Virus record (IMG/VR): IMGVR_UViG_3300029339_000293
Strand: one strand, 5' to 3'
DNA length: 64,000 nucleotides
Source: a virus
Shown here: piece by piece, positions 8,943 through 17,985 of the stretch
Layout of the letters: each line of letters begins with the position of its first letter
Numbering within the stretch: position 1 is the first letter of the stretch
Notes under the pieces: generated by a model
Database searches by the model: none
What the model was told of the DNA's origin: nothing
The model's input: only the letters and a program-made list of their open reading frames with translations
Position numbers and translations under genes: made by a program

Positions 8943-9419
8943 TTATTCCTCCACAGACGGCAGCATATAGATTGTCATTTTATACATCCATAAGACCGCC
9001 AGCTCAAGACACAATCCAATCAATACATCACAGAGCACGGCATAATTGATATCATTATACTTAAGAATCACCTCCGGATTGTTTTTCTTAACTCGGATTC
9101 CTTTTTTATCTCCTTTTTTAATTTTTTCTAGGTATTGCATTTTGTCCGATTCGTATTCCTTGCCGGCGATATTATACCGATATGTTACGCTGATATTTTC
9201 ATCACTGGCACCTTCAATATCAACCACTTCAGCCATCACAAGCTGGCTTCCAGCATAATTGTTGTAATCCTTCTGCGCGTGAAAAAGCATAAGCGCAGCG
9301 ACAATTACTGCCAGCACGAAGGCATGTTTTCTAAGCAGCGATATTGTGTTCTTGCTTCTGTCGGCTTTCTCAGCGAATTTTTTTTCTTTTAGCTTTTTCA
9401 AATTTTCCATATTTTTCAT
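8943..9419 (-). CDS. DUF3592-like membrane protein, paralog 2 (N-terminal charged coiled segment)
   Basis: RBS AAGGAGC; KDYNNYAGSQLVMAEVVDIEGASDENISVTYRYNIAGKEYESDK core flanked by TM helices. Region 8990-9300 is about 95% identical to 10250-10560. Confidence 0.5.
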   Translation of the reverse strand: MKNMENLKKLKEKKFAEKADRSKNTISLLRKHAFVLAVIVAALMLFHAQKDYNNYAGSQLVMAEVVDIEGASDENISVTYRYNIAGKEYESDKMQYLEKIKKGDKKGIRVKKNNPEVILKYNDINYAVLCDVLIGLCLELAVLWMYKMTIYMLPSVEE

Positions 9420-9515
9420 CGGCAGATGCTCCTTTTTTCATTTCTTAAGAAGTATTTTGTTCTATTTTAGTATGCTTGATTTTTTGCCGACCGAAAGATT
9501 TTTGCGAAAAAAATA

Positions 9516-9534
9516 CCGGCAGAATTCCTGCCGG
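9516..9534 (-). terminator. Terminator of 9548..9982 (CCGGCAGAATTCCTGCCGG); the same terminator type recurs at ~10063-10090, 10778-10805 and 11521-11545
   Basis: Hairpin followed by T7 on the minus strand; placed directly after each DUF3592 paralog. Confidence 0.55.
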
Positions 9535-9547
9535 TAGGTTTTCAATA

Positions 9548-9982
9548 TTAAATTTCAATATCAGAATCTTCTTCTGCTTTTTTCTTTGCCAAGCCAAACA
9601 ACAAAATTATCGTCGCCAAAGACGCAAAAAGAGAAAGAGCAAAAGCGATATTATTACATATTACAGTCGTTATTGTCGTGATAATTATTTTTTTTGGAAT
9701 GCTTTTCCGTATCCGGATTTCTTTTTCGTCTCCCGCTCTAATCTCGCCGACGGATTGCCTAACGTTTTCCTCATACTTCTTGCCGCCATAATTGTATTGA
9801 TATTTAACATCCAGCATGCCGTTTTTCGTACCGGATACATTAATGACATTTGCTTTCACAATTTCGCTGTCTGTATATGTCCTGTAATCAGTTACGACAT
9901 TGATTACGAAAAGTATGATGCCGACCATGCCGGCCAAAAAGAATACGGAGCAAATAAGTTTAATAAGCTTTTTGTTTGTCAT
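9548..9982 (-). CDS. DUF3592-like membrane protein, paralog 3
   Basis: RBS GAGGAAAA; KANVINVSGTKNGMLDVKYQYNYGGKKYEENVRQS..GDEKEIRIRK core between TM helices. Confidence 0.5.
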   Translation of the reverse strand: MTNKKLIKLICSVFFLAGMVGIILFVINVVTDYRTYTDSEIVKANVINVSGTKNGMLDVKYQYNYGGKKYEENVRQSVGEIRAGDEKEIRIRKSIPKKIIITTITTVICNNIAFALSLFASLATIILLFGLAKKKAEEDSDIEI

Positions 9983-10097
9983 CTAAATTTTCCTCGCTTT
10001 CTGAAATTGCTTTTACATTTACAATATGCTGGAATTTTTTCCGACAGGAAAGTTTTTGCGAAAAAAAAATACCGGCAGAGGATTTCTGCCGGGTAAT

Positions 10098-10694
10098 TTA
10101 AATCTTCTTTTCTGTATTTATTTTTTCGTTTTTCTTCTTATTTTCTTCCACGATTGACGCAAACGTCACCCCCGGCTTCGTTGTAAACACAACACTTTCC
10201 GTCTTAACTTCCTCCATCGCAGACGGCAGTGTGTAGATTGCCATCTCATATATACATAAGACCGTCAATCCAAGACACAATCCAATCATTACATCGTAGA
10301 ATATTACCAAATTGATATCATTATGCTTAAGAATTATTTCCGGGTTGTTTTTCTTAACCCGGATTTCCTTTTTGTCTCCTTTTCTGCTTTTTTCTGTGTA
10401 TTGTATTTTGTCCGATTCGTATTCCTTGCCGGCGATATTATACCGATATGTTACGCTGATATTTTCATCACTGGCACCTTCAATATCAACCACTTCAGCC
10501 ATCACAAGCTGGCTTCCAGCATAATTATTATAATCCTTCCGCATATGAAAAAACATAAACGCAGCGGCAATCACCATCAAAATGTAGGCAATTTTTTTAA
10601 ACCGCGACATTGTATTTTGAATTCTTTCGACTCTCTCAGCGAACTCTTTTTCTCTTAGTCTTTCCAAATCTTCCATATCTTTCATATCTTCCAT
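10098..10694 (-). CDS. DUF3592-like membrane protein, paralog 4 (with C-terminal extension)
   Basis: RBS AAGGAGCG; core near-identical to paralog 2; C-terminal tail TESVVFTTKPGVTFASIVEENKKKNEKINTEKKI is shared with paralog 5. Confidence 0.5.
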   Translation of the reverse strand: MEDMKDMEDLERLREKEFAERVERIQNTMSRFKKIAYILMVIAAAFMFFHMRKDYNNYAGSQLVMAEVVDIEGASDENISVTYRYNIAGKEYESDKIQYTEKSRKGDKKEIRVKKNNPEIILKHNDINLVIFYDVMIGLCLGLTVLCIYEMAIYTLPSAMEEVKTESVVFTTKPGVTFASIVEENKKKNEKINTEKKI

Positions 10695-10810
10695 TGGCAG
10701 GCGCTCCTTTTTTAAGTATTTCTTTTGCTCTATTTTTAATATGCTTGAATTTTGGCGGCAGGAAAAATTTTTCGAAAAAAAATACCGGCAGAGGATTTCT
10801 GCCGGGTAAT

Positions 10811-11437
10811 TTAAATCTTCTTTTCTGAATTTATTTTTTTGTTTTTCTTCTTATTTTCTTCCATGATTGACGCAAACGTCACCCCAGGCGTCGTCGTAAA
10901 TCCAACATTCTCCGTTCCAGCCTCCTCCACCTCAGACGGAAGCATGCAGTTGGCCATTTCGTACAGGTAAAAAACTACTGTCAATCCAAGACAGAACCCA
11001 AGCATTACATCGCAAAATATGACAAATATAACATCATTATATTTAAGAATTACCTCCGGGCTATCTTTCTTAACCCGGATATCTTCTTTATCTCCGTTCT
11101 TTATTTTTTTTAGATGCTGTACTTTGTTTGATTCATATTCCTTACCGGCAATATTATATCGATATGTAACACTAATATTTTCATCACTGGCGTCCTCAAC
11201 ACCAATCACTTCAGCCATCACAAGCTGGCTTCCCGCATAATTGTTGTAATCCTTCCGCACATAAAAAAACATTAACGAAACGGTAATCACCAGCAGCACA
11301 CAGACAAGTTTTCTTATGAGTGATATTGTGTTCTTGATTCTTGATATTGTGTTCTTGATTCTTTCGTCTCTTTCAGCTCTTTCATCGAGTTCTTTTTCTC
11401 TTAGTTCTTCCAATTCTTCCACCGACAATTTTTCCAT
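10811..11437 (-). CDS. DUF3592-like membrane protein, paralog 5 (start revised to MEKLSVEEL)
   Basis: RBS AAAGGAGA before ATG at 11437; 3' region 10815-10915 is near-identical to 10100-10200. Confidence 0.5.
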   Translation of the reverse strand: MEKLSVEELEELREKELDERAERDERIKNTISRIKNTISLIRKLVCVLLVITVSLMFFYVRKDYNNYAGSQLVMAEVIGVEDASDENISVTYRYNIAGKEYESNKVQHLKKIKNGDKEDIRVKKDSPEVILKYNDVIFVIFCDVMLGFCLGLTVVFYLYEMANCMLPSEVEEAGTENVGFTTTPGVTFASIMEENKKKNKKINSEKKI

Positions 11438-11560
11438 CAACAAAGTCTCCTTTTCTAAGTATTTTTTTCTATTTTTATTATGCTTGATTTTTTGCCGGCC
11501 GAAAGATTTTTGCAAAAAAAAATACCGGCAGAATTTCTGCCGGCCATCCTTTTTTCTCAA

Positions 11561-13492
11561 TTACACATCCAAATTCGCTTCCGTTGCATTACTATAAATA
11601 TACTCTTTTCTCGGCTGCACCTCATTCCCCATCAGCAGCGCTGTCAAATCAGACGCTGCCTGCGCGTCTTCAATCTCAACCTGCTTCAGCATTCTTGTCG
11701 CCGGGTTCATAGTAGTCTCCCACAGCTGTTCCGCATCCATTTCTCCGAGACCTTTATAACGCTGCAGCTTGAAATCTTTATGTGTTTTTCTATATTTTTC
11801 AAGAGCCTTATCATCATACAGATACTCTTCTCTTCCGTTCTTTCCGTTCGGAATCGCTTTGTATAATGGCGGCATCGCGATATATACATGTCCTTCATAA
11901 ATCAGTTCAGGCATAAATCTGTAAAACAGAGTCAAGAGCAGTGTGGCAATATGTGCCCCATCCACATCCGCATCGGCTGCGATAATGATTTTGTTGTATC
12001 TCAATTTGGAGATGTCAAAGTCATTGCCATACCCTTCAGAGAACCCGCAGGCGAAAGCGTAAACCATTGTTTTAATCTCGGCATTTGCCAGTATTTTATT
12101 GATGCTTGCCTTTTCCACATTCAGAATCTTACCTCTGATTGGAAAGATTGCCTGAAATTCACGGTTTCTTGCCGTCTTAGCTGAACCGCCCGCAGAATCA
12201 CCCTCAACGATAAAGATTTCGCATTTTTCCGGGTCTTTACAGTTACAGTTTGCCAGTTTTCCGTTGCTGTCAAAAGAATACTTCGGCTTTGTCAGCATAT
12301 TTGTTTTTGTTTTTTCTTCTGCTTTTCTGATTTTTGCAGACTTTTCAGCACAGCCGATAACAGCTTTCAGTTCTTCCAGATGGCGGTCAAAATACATCTG
12401 CAGCTGTTCTGAGATAACGGATGAAACCGCTTTTGCAGCATCCGGGTTATCCAGCTTTGTCTTTGTCTGGCCTTCAAATCTCGGGTCCGGGTGTCTTACG
12501 GAAACAACAGCCACGAGACCGTTTCTTACGTCCGCTCCAGTGAAGTTTGCATCCTTTTCTTTAATGATACCAAGCTCCCTTGCATATGTATTGATAAGTG
12601 TTGTCAGGGCTGTCTTAAAGCCTGTCAGGTGAGTGCCACCCTCTGTTGTGTAGATACTGTTGCAGAATCCGGTCACATTTTCGTGAAATTCTGTTGTGTA
12701 CTGGAAAGCGCATTCAACTTCAATCCCGTCACTCTTTCCAGAAACAGAAACCGGTGCGTCCTGAACTGTTTCAGAGTCTTTCGTCATAGACTTCACAAGA
12801 CCGATAATACCTTCTTCTTCGTGAAAAGTAATTGACTCTACTTCTTTCTTTCTCTTGTCTTCATAGTGAATTATCAGCTTCGGGTTTAAGTAAGCTGTCT
12901 GATGCAGCCTGTTCTTTACCTCTTCTGCTCCAAACTTCACTGTATCAAAAATCTCATCATCCGGCAGGAAATTGATTGTAGTTCCGTGTCCTTTTGATTT
13001 CTTAATCATCGGGAGCAGGCCGTCAATCAGTTCTGTTGTCGGATGCCCTTTTTCGTAAGAGTCATGGAACAGGCCGCCATCACGTTCAATATCAATAGTA
13101 AGACGTTTTGATAACGCATTCACGACAGAAGAACCGACACCGTGCAGACCACCGCTGGTTTTGTATGATTTGTTATCAAATTTACCGCCAGCGTGCAGGG
13201 TGGACAATACCAGACGCTCCGCAGAAACGCCTTTTTCATGCATTCCAACAGGGATTCCTCGTCCATTATCTCTCACGGTCACAGAACCATCTTTTTCCAA
13301 TGTCACCCAAATCTCACTGCAGAATCCTGCCATATGCTCATCAACAGAGTTATCAACGATTTCATAAATCATATGATTCAGTCCTCGTCTTGAAGTGCTG
13401 CCGATGTACATACCAGGACGTTCCCTTACGGCCTCAAGCCCTTCAAGAACTGTGATACTGTCTGCTCCGTAAAAATTATCTTTCTTTGCCAT
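11561..13492 (-). CDS. gyrB: Type IIA topoisomerase subunit B (DNA gyrase B / ParE family)
   Basis: 643 aa. N-terminal GHKL ATPase motifs (RPGMYIGST, EIVDNSVDE, GRGIP, GGLHGVG), Toprim region (IVEGDSAGG), and C-terminal LMGNEVQPRKEYIYSNA. No A subunit adjacent in this window. Confidence 0.9.
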   Translation of the reverse strand: MAKKDNFYGADSITVLEGLEAVRERPGMYIGSTSRRGLNHMIYEIVDNSVDEHMAGFCSEIWVTLEKDGSVTVRDNGRGIPVGMHEKGVSAERLVLSTLHAGGKFDNKSYKTSGGLHGVGSSVVNALSKRLTIDIERDGGLFHDSYEKGHPTTELIDGLLPMIKKSKGHGTTINFLPDDEIFDTVKFGAEEVKNRLHQTAYLNPKLIIHYEDKRKKEVESITFHEEEGIIGLVKSMTKDSETVQDAPVSVSGKSDGIEVECAFQYTTEFHENVTGFCNSIYTTEGGTHLTGFKTALTTLINTYARELGIIKEKDANFTGADVRNGLVAVVSVRHPDPRFEGQTKTKLDNPDAAKAVSSVISEQLQMYFDRHLEELKAVIGCAEKSAKIRKAEEKTKTNMLTKPKYSFDSNGKLANCNCKDPEKCEIFIVEGDSAGGSAKTARNREFQAIFPIRGKILNVEKASINKILANAEIKTMVYAFACGFSEGYGNDFDISKLRYNKIIIAADADVDGAHIATLLLTLFYRFMPELIYEGHVYIAMPPLYKAIPNGKNGREEYLYDDKALEKYRKTHKDFKLQRYKGLGEMDAEQLWETTMNPATRMLKQVEIEDAQAASDLTALLMGNEVQPRKEYIYSNATEANLDV

Positions 13493-13522
13493 TTGCCTTA
13501 CTCCTTATTTTTTTGCTTTTAA

Positions 13523-13539
13523 CAATATGCCAGAAAATC
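13523..13539 (-). promoter_or_regulatory. Promoter-like motif CAATATGCCAGAAAATC upstream of gyrB
   Basis: Motif ends 38 nt upstream of the ATG on the gene-sense strand. Confidence 0.5.
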
Positions 13540-13690
13540 ATTTTTTCTCATTTCTTTGCGAATCTTTTTTCTTGTCTTCATTTTCTTTCTTCTCTTTTTC
13601 TTCTTTTTCTATCTTCCACGAAAAATAGAACCATGAAATAGTCAGTATTCCAAAAACAATTACGGATACAATTATTGTTTCTTTTAACAT
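13538..13690 (-). CDS. Small membrane protein (50 aa; TM helix then a Lys/Glu-rich tail)
   Basis: RBS GGAGTGAGAAATAATG; MLKETIIVSVIVFGILTISWFYF...; has its own promoter-like motif at ~13700-13745. Confidence 0.35.
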   Translation of the reverse strand: MLKETIIVSVIVFGILTISWFYFSWKIEKEEKEKKENEDKKKDSQRNEKK

Positions 13691-13772
13691 TATTTCTCAC
13701 TCCATTTTTGCGTATATATTGTATGTGTATTATAGTATGCAGAATTCCCGTCCATCGAGGAATAGACTTTGC

Positions 13773-13907
13773 TTATTTCTTTCCTTTTTTTTCTTCCACC
13801 TTTTCTTCCCGCACCTCTTCCGGTGCAGTAGACTCAGCTTCTTTTTCCAATTCTTTTTTCTTTTTTAAGCATTCATTGAAGTCGATGCTGTCCATAAAAA
13901 TTCCCAT
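13773..13907 (-). CDS. Small charged protein (44 aa)
   Basis: RBS AGGAGGACAAAAAATG; promoter-like motif at 14036-14060. Confidence 0.3.
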   Translation of the reverse strand: MGIFMDSIDFNECLKKKKELEKEAESTAPEEVREEKVEEKKGKK

Positions 13908-14113
13908 TTTTTGTCCTCCTGTTTTTCTATCTATCTGTAGGCCGAGCCATTGCAAACCGTCAAGCTCCTACTTGTACTTAATATGTTCATTTTTTTTGTT
14001 TTCCATTTTTTTTTGCGATTTTTTCGGCCTTACATATTTAATATGCTGAATTTTTCAGAAATCTGTACAAGCACAAAAGAATTGCCAGCAAAAAAAATTG
14101 CCGGCAGTTAATT

Positions 14114-14284
14114 TCAGGTATTTTTTATTCTTTTTTTGGCTTCCTCATCAACCATTTTTCCAAACCTTCTTTTGTCAATAAGCCTTACTTTCTTTTTTGC
14201 ATTTTTTGCACATGCTACCTCAATAAGGCCAAGAAGCAAACCACAAAAAATGAATAATACTACCAGGCAAAATGCTGCCAACAT
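14114..14284 (-). CDS. Small membrane protein (56 aa)
   Basis: RBS GGAGGTGAAAAATATG; MLAAFCLVVLFIFCGLLLGLIEVAC then a basic tail; promoter-like motif at ~14410. Confidence 0.3.
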   Translation of the reverse strand: MLAAFCLVVLFIFCGLLLGLIEVACAKNAKKKVRLIDKRRFGKMVDEEAKKRIKNT

Positions 14285-14493
14285 ATTTTTCACCTCCGCC
14301 TGTCATGTTGCAACTTTCTGTTTGACTTCAACAGCCGCAATCTTACAGTCCCAGTTCTTTTTTTATCTCCTCCTTCTTCGTCTATGGCCTTTCCTCCTTC
14401 ATTTTTTTTACATACTTAATATGCCGAATCCTCCAGAAGTCATTACAACCACAAAAAAGTCCGACAAAAACTTTCCTGTCTTAAGTGCCCTCT

Positions 14494-15033
14494 TCATCCC
14501 ACATCATCAACAATCTTCTCAATCGCCTCAGCTACTTTTTCAACGTACTTTTCTGCTTCTTTTCTTTTGTATACGTATATGTAAGACGGATGCTGTACTG
14601 GCAGATACCATATGCCGTTATGTTCTGTCGCAAAATATTCAAACCCGCGCCAGCGCTTTAGTTTAATGTTTAATTTTTTCTCTACGGCAGAGCACACTTT
14701 CTCCCCAAGCAGAATCACGACCTTCGGCTTGACCTCTGCGATTTCTGCAAGCAGGTTCTTAAAGCAGCAGTCAATTTCTGCCTGATTTGGATATCTTAGC
14801 TTTCCATTCTCATCAACCGGCGGGCATTTGACCAGATTGGTCTTATATCCCGGTTTGCCGCATGCAGCTTCAATCTGTTTAACAAGTTTTCCTGTGCTCG
14901 TAGTCTCGGAGAGCGGTTCTTCTCCGATTTTTGCAGATATTCCTACCCACAAAATATTGTATGTATCGTTTATTTTCGTGTTTGGATTTGAATACCTTTC
15001 GGCAATATCGCAGTGTATGCAATCAGTCATCAT
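14494..15033 (-). CDS. Uracil-DNA glycosylase superfamily protein (family 4-like fold with a non-canonical motif A)
   Basis: Start MMTDCIHCDIAERY with RBS GGAGGACTT. Motif B HPSYIY matches the HPS of UDG families. The motif A position reads GISAK rather than GEGPG. Cys-rich N-terminus as in Fe-S family 4 UDGs. Confidence 0.55.
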   Translation of the reverse strand: MMTDCIHCDIAERYSNPNTKINDTYNILWVGISAKIGEEPLSETTSTGKLVKQIEAACGKPGYKTNLVKCPPVDENGKLRYPNQAEIDCCFKNLLAEIAEVKPKVVILLGEKVCSAVEKKLNIKLKRWRGFEYFATEHNGIWYLPVQHPSYIYVYKRKEAEKYVEKVAEAIEKIVDDVG

Positions 15034-15157
15034 AAGTCCTCCTCTTATGCTTTGTGTACAATATGCTATTTTTTTTGCAACCATACACAAAAAACAGCCT
15101 GCCGACATTCATCGGCAGGCGTCATATTTTTAGAATCTCAATCCAACAACCGCAGTC

Positions 15158-15838
15158 TTACAGCCCAAGTTCTTTCTTCATCTTCTCCAGCTCGTCATCC
15201 ACATCAGCGCTTCCGCCGTTTTTGTACTTATCAAGCAGTGAATCTGCCGTGTTATCATCGGCCGTTTTGTTCAACTCTGTCATCGCCGCAGCCTCATCAA
15301 GCATCTTGTCAGCCTTTGCCTCATATCGCTCAAAAGCATCAATGCTTGCTGCAGCCTTGTCCCCACCTGAAAGAACCTGGTTCATATGCTTCTGCGCCTT
15401 CGCAGTTGCCATCTTCGCCTTGATTGAATCGCGTTTTGATTCCAGGTTTTCAATATCCCTTACCAGCTTATCATGCATTGCCTGCATGTTATCGGCATTT
15501 GCAGCTGTCATATCATAAGTTTTCTGTAACGCAGCCAGTTTTTCTTCTTCTTTCTTCTTTGCTTCCAGAAGTGTTCTTGCATCGCCTTCATTCCCTGCAC
15601 GGAGTGCACTCTCTGCCGCTGCTTTGTAATCAGCAATCTGTTTTTCGCATTCTGTTACTTTTCTTTTTGCATTTTTTTCATCAGCCATCACTGCCGCTGT
15701 CTCTTTCTTAACCTCTGCCAGGTCTTTCCTAAGATTAAGCAGTGTCTGGTCTATCATTTTTGCCGGGTCTTCTGCCTTATCCAGCAGCGCGTTCACATTT
15801 GCACTCATAATATCCTTAAATCTTGTTAAAATTCCCAT
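15158..15838 (-). CDS. pspA: PspA/IM30/Vipp1-family protein (phage shock protein A-like)
   Basis: 226 aa coiled-coil; N-terminus MGILTRFKDIMSANVNALLDKAEDPAKMIDQ is the canonical PspA start; RBS AAGGAGACT. Confidence 0.8.
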   Translation of the reverse strand: MGILTRFKDIMSANVNALLDKAEDPAKMIDQTLLNLRKDLAEVKKETAAVMADEKNAKRKVTECEKQIADYKAAAESALRAGNEGDARTLLEAKKKEEEKLAALQKTYDMTAANADNMQAMHDKLVRDIENLESKRDSIKAKMATAKAQKHMNQVLSGGDKAAASIDAFERYEAKADKMLDEAAAMTELNKTADDNTADSLLDKYKNGGSADVDDELEKMKKELGL

Positions 15839-15843
15839 ATTTT

Positions 15844-16848
15844 TCAGTCTCCTTTTTTATATTTTTTGAGTAAATCATCCGCTTCGGAATCCCCGTTAAG
15901 CGGTGTGTTTAATATTTTTTCAGTTTCTTTTGCTTCTTCAGCTTTGTGTTTTCTTCTAATAACCATCACGACGATGATACCGGCAAAAACAACGATAACG
16001 CCAATGATTTTTACCACATTATTGCCGACATCGGCAGCCGTTGTTGATTTTGTCATAATGCGGTCAGCTGTTTTTGTAAAAATGGTTGTGAACATGTCAT
16101 CAGTTGACATATCAGAATACCAATACTTATCAACATATGCCCAGAAAATCTCAATGGCTTCAGAATCCATTACAGAGGAAACCTGCTTTCCGTTGACGTA
16201 TGCCATATATCCGACATCATTGTCAGCATCTGGTTCTGCGAAATACATATACAAAAATGTGCTTTCATTTTTGATATGCTCGTCATACCACTTCTTGGCA
16301 TATTCTTCTTTTGCTGTATCCGTAAGCAAAGTACTGTCGTAAGCATTTAAGACTATGTATGGCTGCACGCCAGTTTTGTCGTAAAACTTCTTTATTGACT
16401 TTTCTGTTTTGGTTACATTATCAAACCAGCCAATATTATCAACAATGCAATTGTTGTCATATCCTACACCGGATTCCAGTCGTTCCCTGTTCTGTGTGTT
16501 TTTTGGTATGTTTTTTGTTGAAGATGATTTTGATGACGGAAAACCTCCAAATGCAGTAACAAGGACAACAATGAATATGATAATTGATATAATGGTATTA
16601 ATCCCGCCTCCACGACCGATAAAAACGGTATTCCGTATCGGCGGCCGTGGATAAAATCCACCACCGTAGAATCCTCCTCCATGCGATGGTCCGCCAAAGC
16701 CGCCGTAACTGCCGCGGCTGCCGCCTCCACTTCCGGCCCGTCTTCCACTGCTGCCGCTGCTTACACGATGTCCACCGCTCGACCGCCCTGACGAATGCCC
16801 GCCGCCCGAATGGCCGCCACCGCCGCCTCCGGCTCCTGCTCTTCCCAT
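15844..16848 (-). CDS. Gly-rich N-terminus / two-TM membrane protein with an extracytoplasmic domain (TPM-like, tentative); co-operonic with pspA
   Basis: RBS AAGGAGGT; N-terminal GGGGGGHSGGG..GGFYGGGFY low-complexity region, a TM helix, a ~200-aa domain and a second TM helix. C-terminal DDLLKKYKKGD echoes the PspA C-terminus DSLLDKYKNGG. Confidence 0.5.
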   Translation of the reverse strand: MGRAGAGGGGGGHSGGGHSSGRSSGGHRVSSGSSGRRAGSGGGSRGSYGGFGGPSHGGGFYGGGFYPRPPIRNTVFIGRGGGINTIISIIIFIVVLVTAFGGFPSSKSSSTKNIPKNTQNRERLESGVGYDNNCIVDNIGWFDNVTKTEKSIKKFYDKTGVQPYIVLNAYDSTLLTDTAKEEYAKKWYDEHIKNESTFLYMYFAEPDADNDVGYMAYVNGKQVSSVMDSEAIEIFWAYVDKYWYSDMSTDDMFTTIFTKTADRIMTKSTTAADVGNNVVKIIGVIVVFAGIIVVMVIRRKHKAEEAKETEKILNTPLNGDSEADDLLKKYKKGD

Positions 16849-16886
16849 AATTTATACCTCCTTTTTTAAATATTTTTTTTGTGCAT

Positions 16887-16906
16887 TTAATATGCCAAAT
16901 TTTTTT
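16887..16906 (-). promoter_or_regulatory. Promoter-like motif TTAATATGCCAAATTTTTTT upstream of the 15844..16848/pspA operon
   Basis: Conserved motif upstream of the operon start. Confidence 0.5.
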
Positions 16907-16947
16907 AAAAAAATAACACAAAAAATATTAAGGATAACAAAAGAGAC

Positions 16948-17391
16948 TCATTTTGGTGTAGACACAGCACTTCTTGTTCTGCATACAAGAAACACAGGAT
17001 GTCCAAGACGAAGCCATTTTCCAAATTCCAGAGAAAATGTTTTGAAAAAGTTTTTTACAGAAACACTTCCAAAATCGGAATTAACAACAATCACAAGCTT
17101 TTGTTTCCTGCCTGCGATTTCCTGAATCTGTTGCTCCATTTTTACACCAACGTCAAAAAACCTGACATCCAGTTTTATAAAATCCAAATTGTATCCATCC
17201 AGAAAATCAGACAGCTGCATCAGCATATCGCGGTTTGGATTTAACCTGACAACAATATATTCCGGTTCCTTTTTTATCATCTTTTCACAGAAATTTTCAA
17301 TTTCTTCAGCGCTATCGGGCACAAAGAATACCTGCTCCGAAGGCTTTTTGTGTTTCAGCTCTTCGTTAAGCTGTTTAAGCGTACAATGCAT
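16948..17391 (-). CDS. Hypothetical protein (147 aa)
   Basis: ORF translationally coupled to the upstream gene 17398..17985. Confidence 0.45.
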   Translation of the reverse strand: MHCTLKQLNEELKHKKPSEQVFFVPDSAEEIENFCEKMIKKEPEYIVVRLNPNRDMLMQLSDFLDGYNLDFIKLDVRFFDVGVKMEQQIQEIAGRKQKLVIVVNSDFGSVSVKNFFKTFSLEFGKWLRLGHPVFLVCRTRSAVSTPK

Positions 17392-17397
17392 TTTTCA

Positions 17398-17985
17398 TTA
17401 TTCTCCTTTTGTATTTTTTCCAAACCTGTATTCTACTCTCGCCAATCCAAACACACATTCCATAAATTCCTTCCATTCCGTCCAGGACTCCTCCACCCTC
17501 CAGAATTCGCCATCCCACATCTCGCCAAATTCCACAGTCAGGACCCAGTTTGCTTCTGCCACGTCTGACAGCTCCTGCAGGATTCTCAGCATTACGCAGG
17601 CATCGTTTCCGGGTACTATATTCTCCAGCTTTACCAAAAACTTCTTTTCGGATGCGTCTATCCGCATTCCCTGCATCCCGTCATGAACAAGCATCGCGAA
17701 TACTTTTTCTGCATTCTTTTTTATGTTTTCTTTTTCTTTTTCGTACTGTTTTATCTCATTCAGGAATGCTTCTTTTTCTTCTTTTGTTTCAATTCCTTTT
17801 TTGTTTTTTCTGACCGGCTTTGGCGGGAATTTTGTTTTGTAGCTGAGAGACTCACAAACTACAAAGACTTCTTCCTTTGCCTTTTCTTCTATTTTTGTTA
17901 ATACCTTTTCTGTTTCCTGGTTGCCAGAAATTTTCAGATGTACGTTTTTTAATAAATTATCGAAGTTAAGTATTTTTTCTTGCAT
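17398..17985 (-). CDS. Hypothetical protein (195 aa)
   Basis: RBS AAGAGGTG; promoter-like motif at 18010-18030. Confidence 0.5.
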   Translation of the reverse strand: MQEKILNFDNLLKNVHLKISGNQETEKVLTKIEEKAKEEVFVVCESLSYKTKFPPKPVRKNKKGIETKEEKEAFLNEIKQYEKEKENIKKNAEKVFAMLVHDGMQGMRIDASEKKFLVKLENIVPGNDACVMLRILQELSDVAEANWVLTVEFGEMWDGEFWRVEESWTEWKEFMECVFGLARVEYRFGKNTKGE

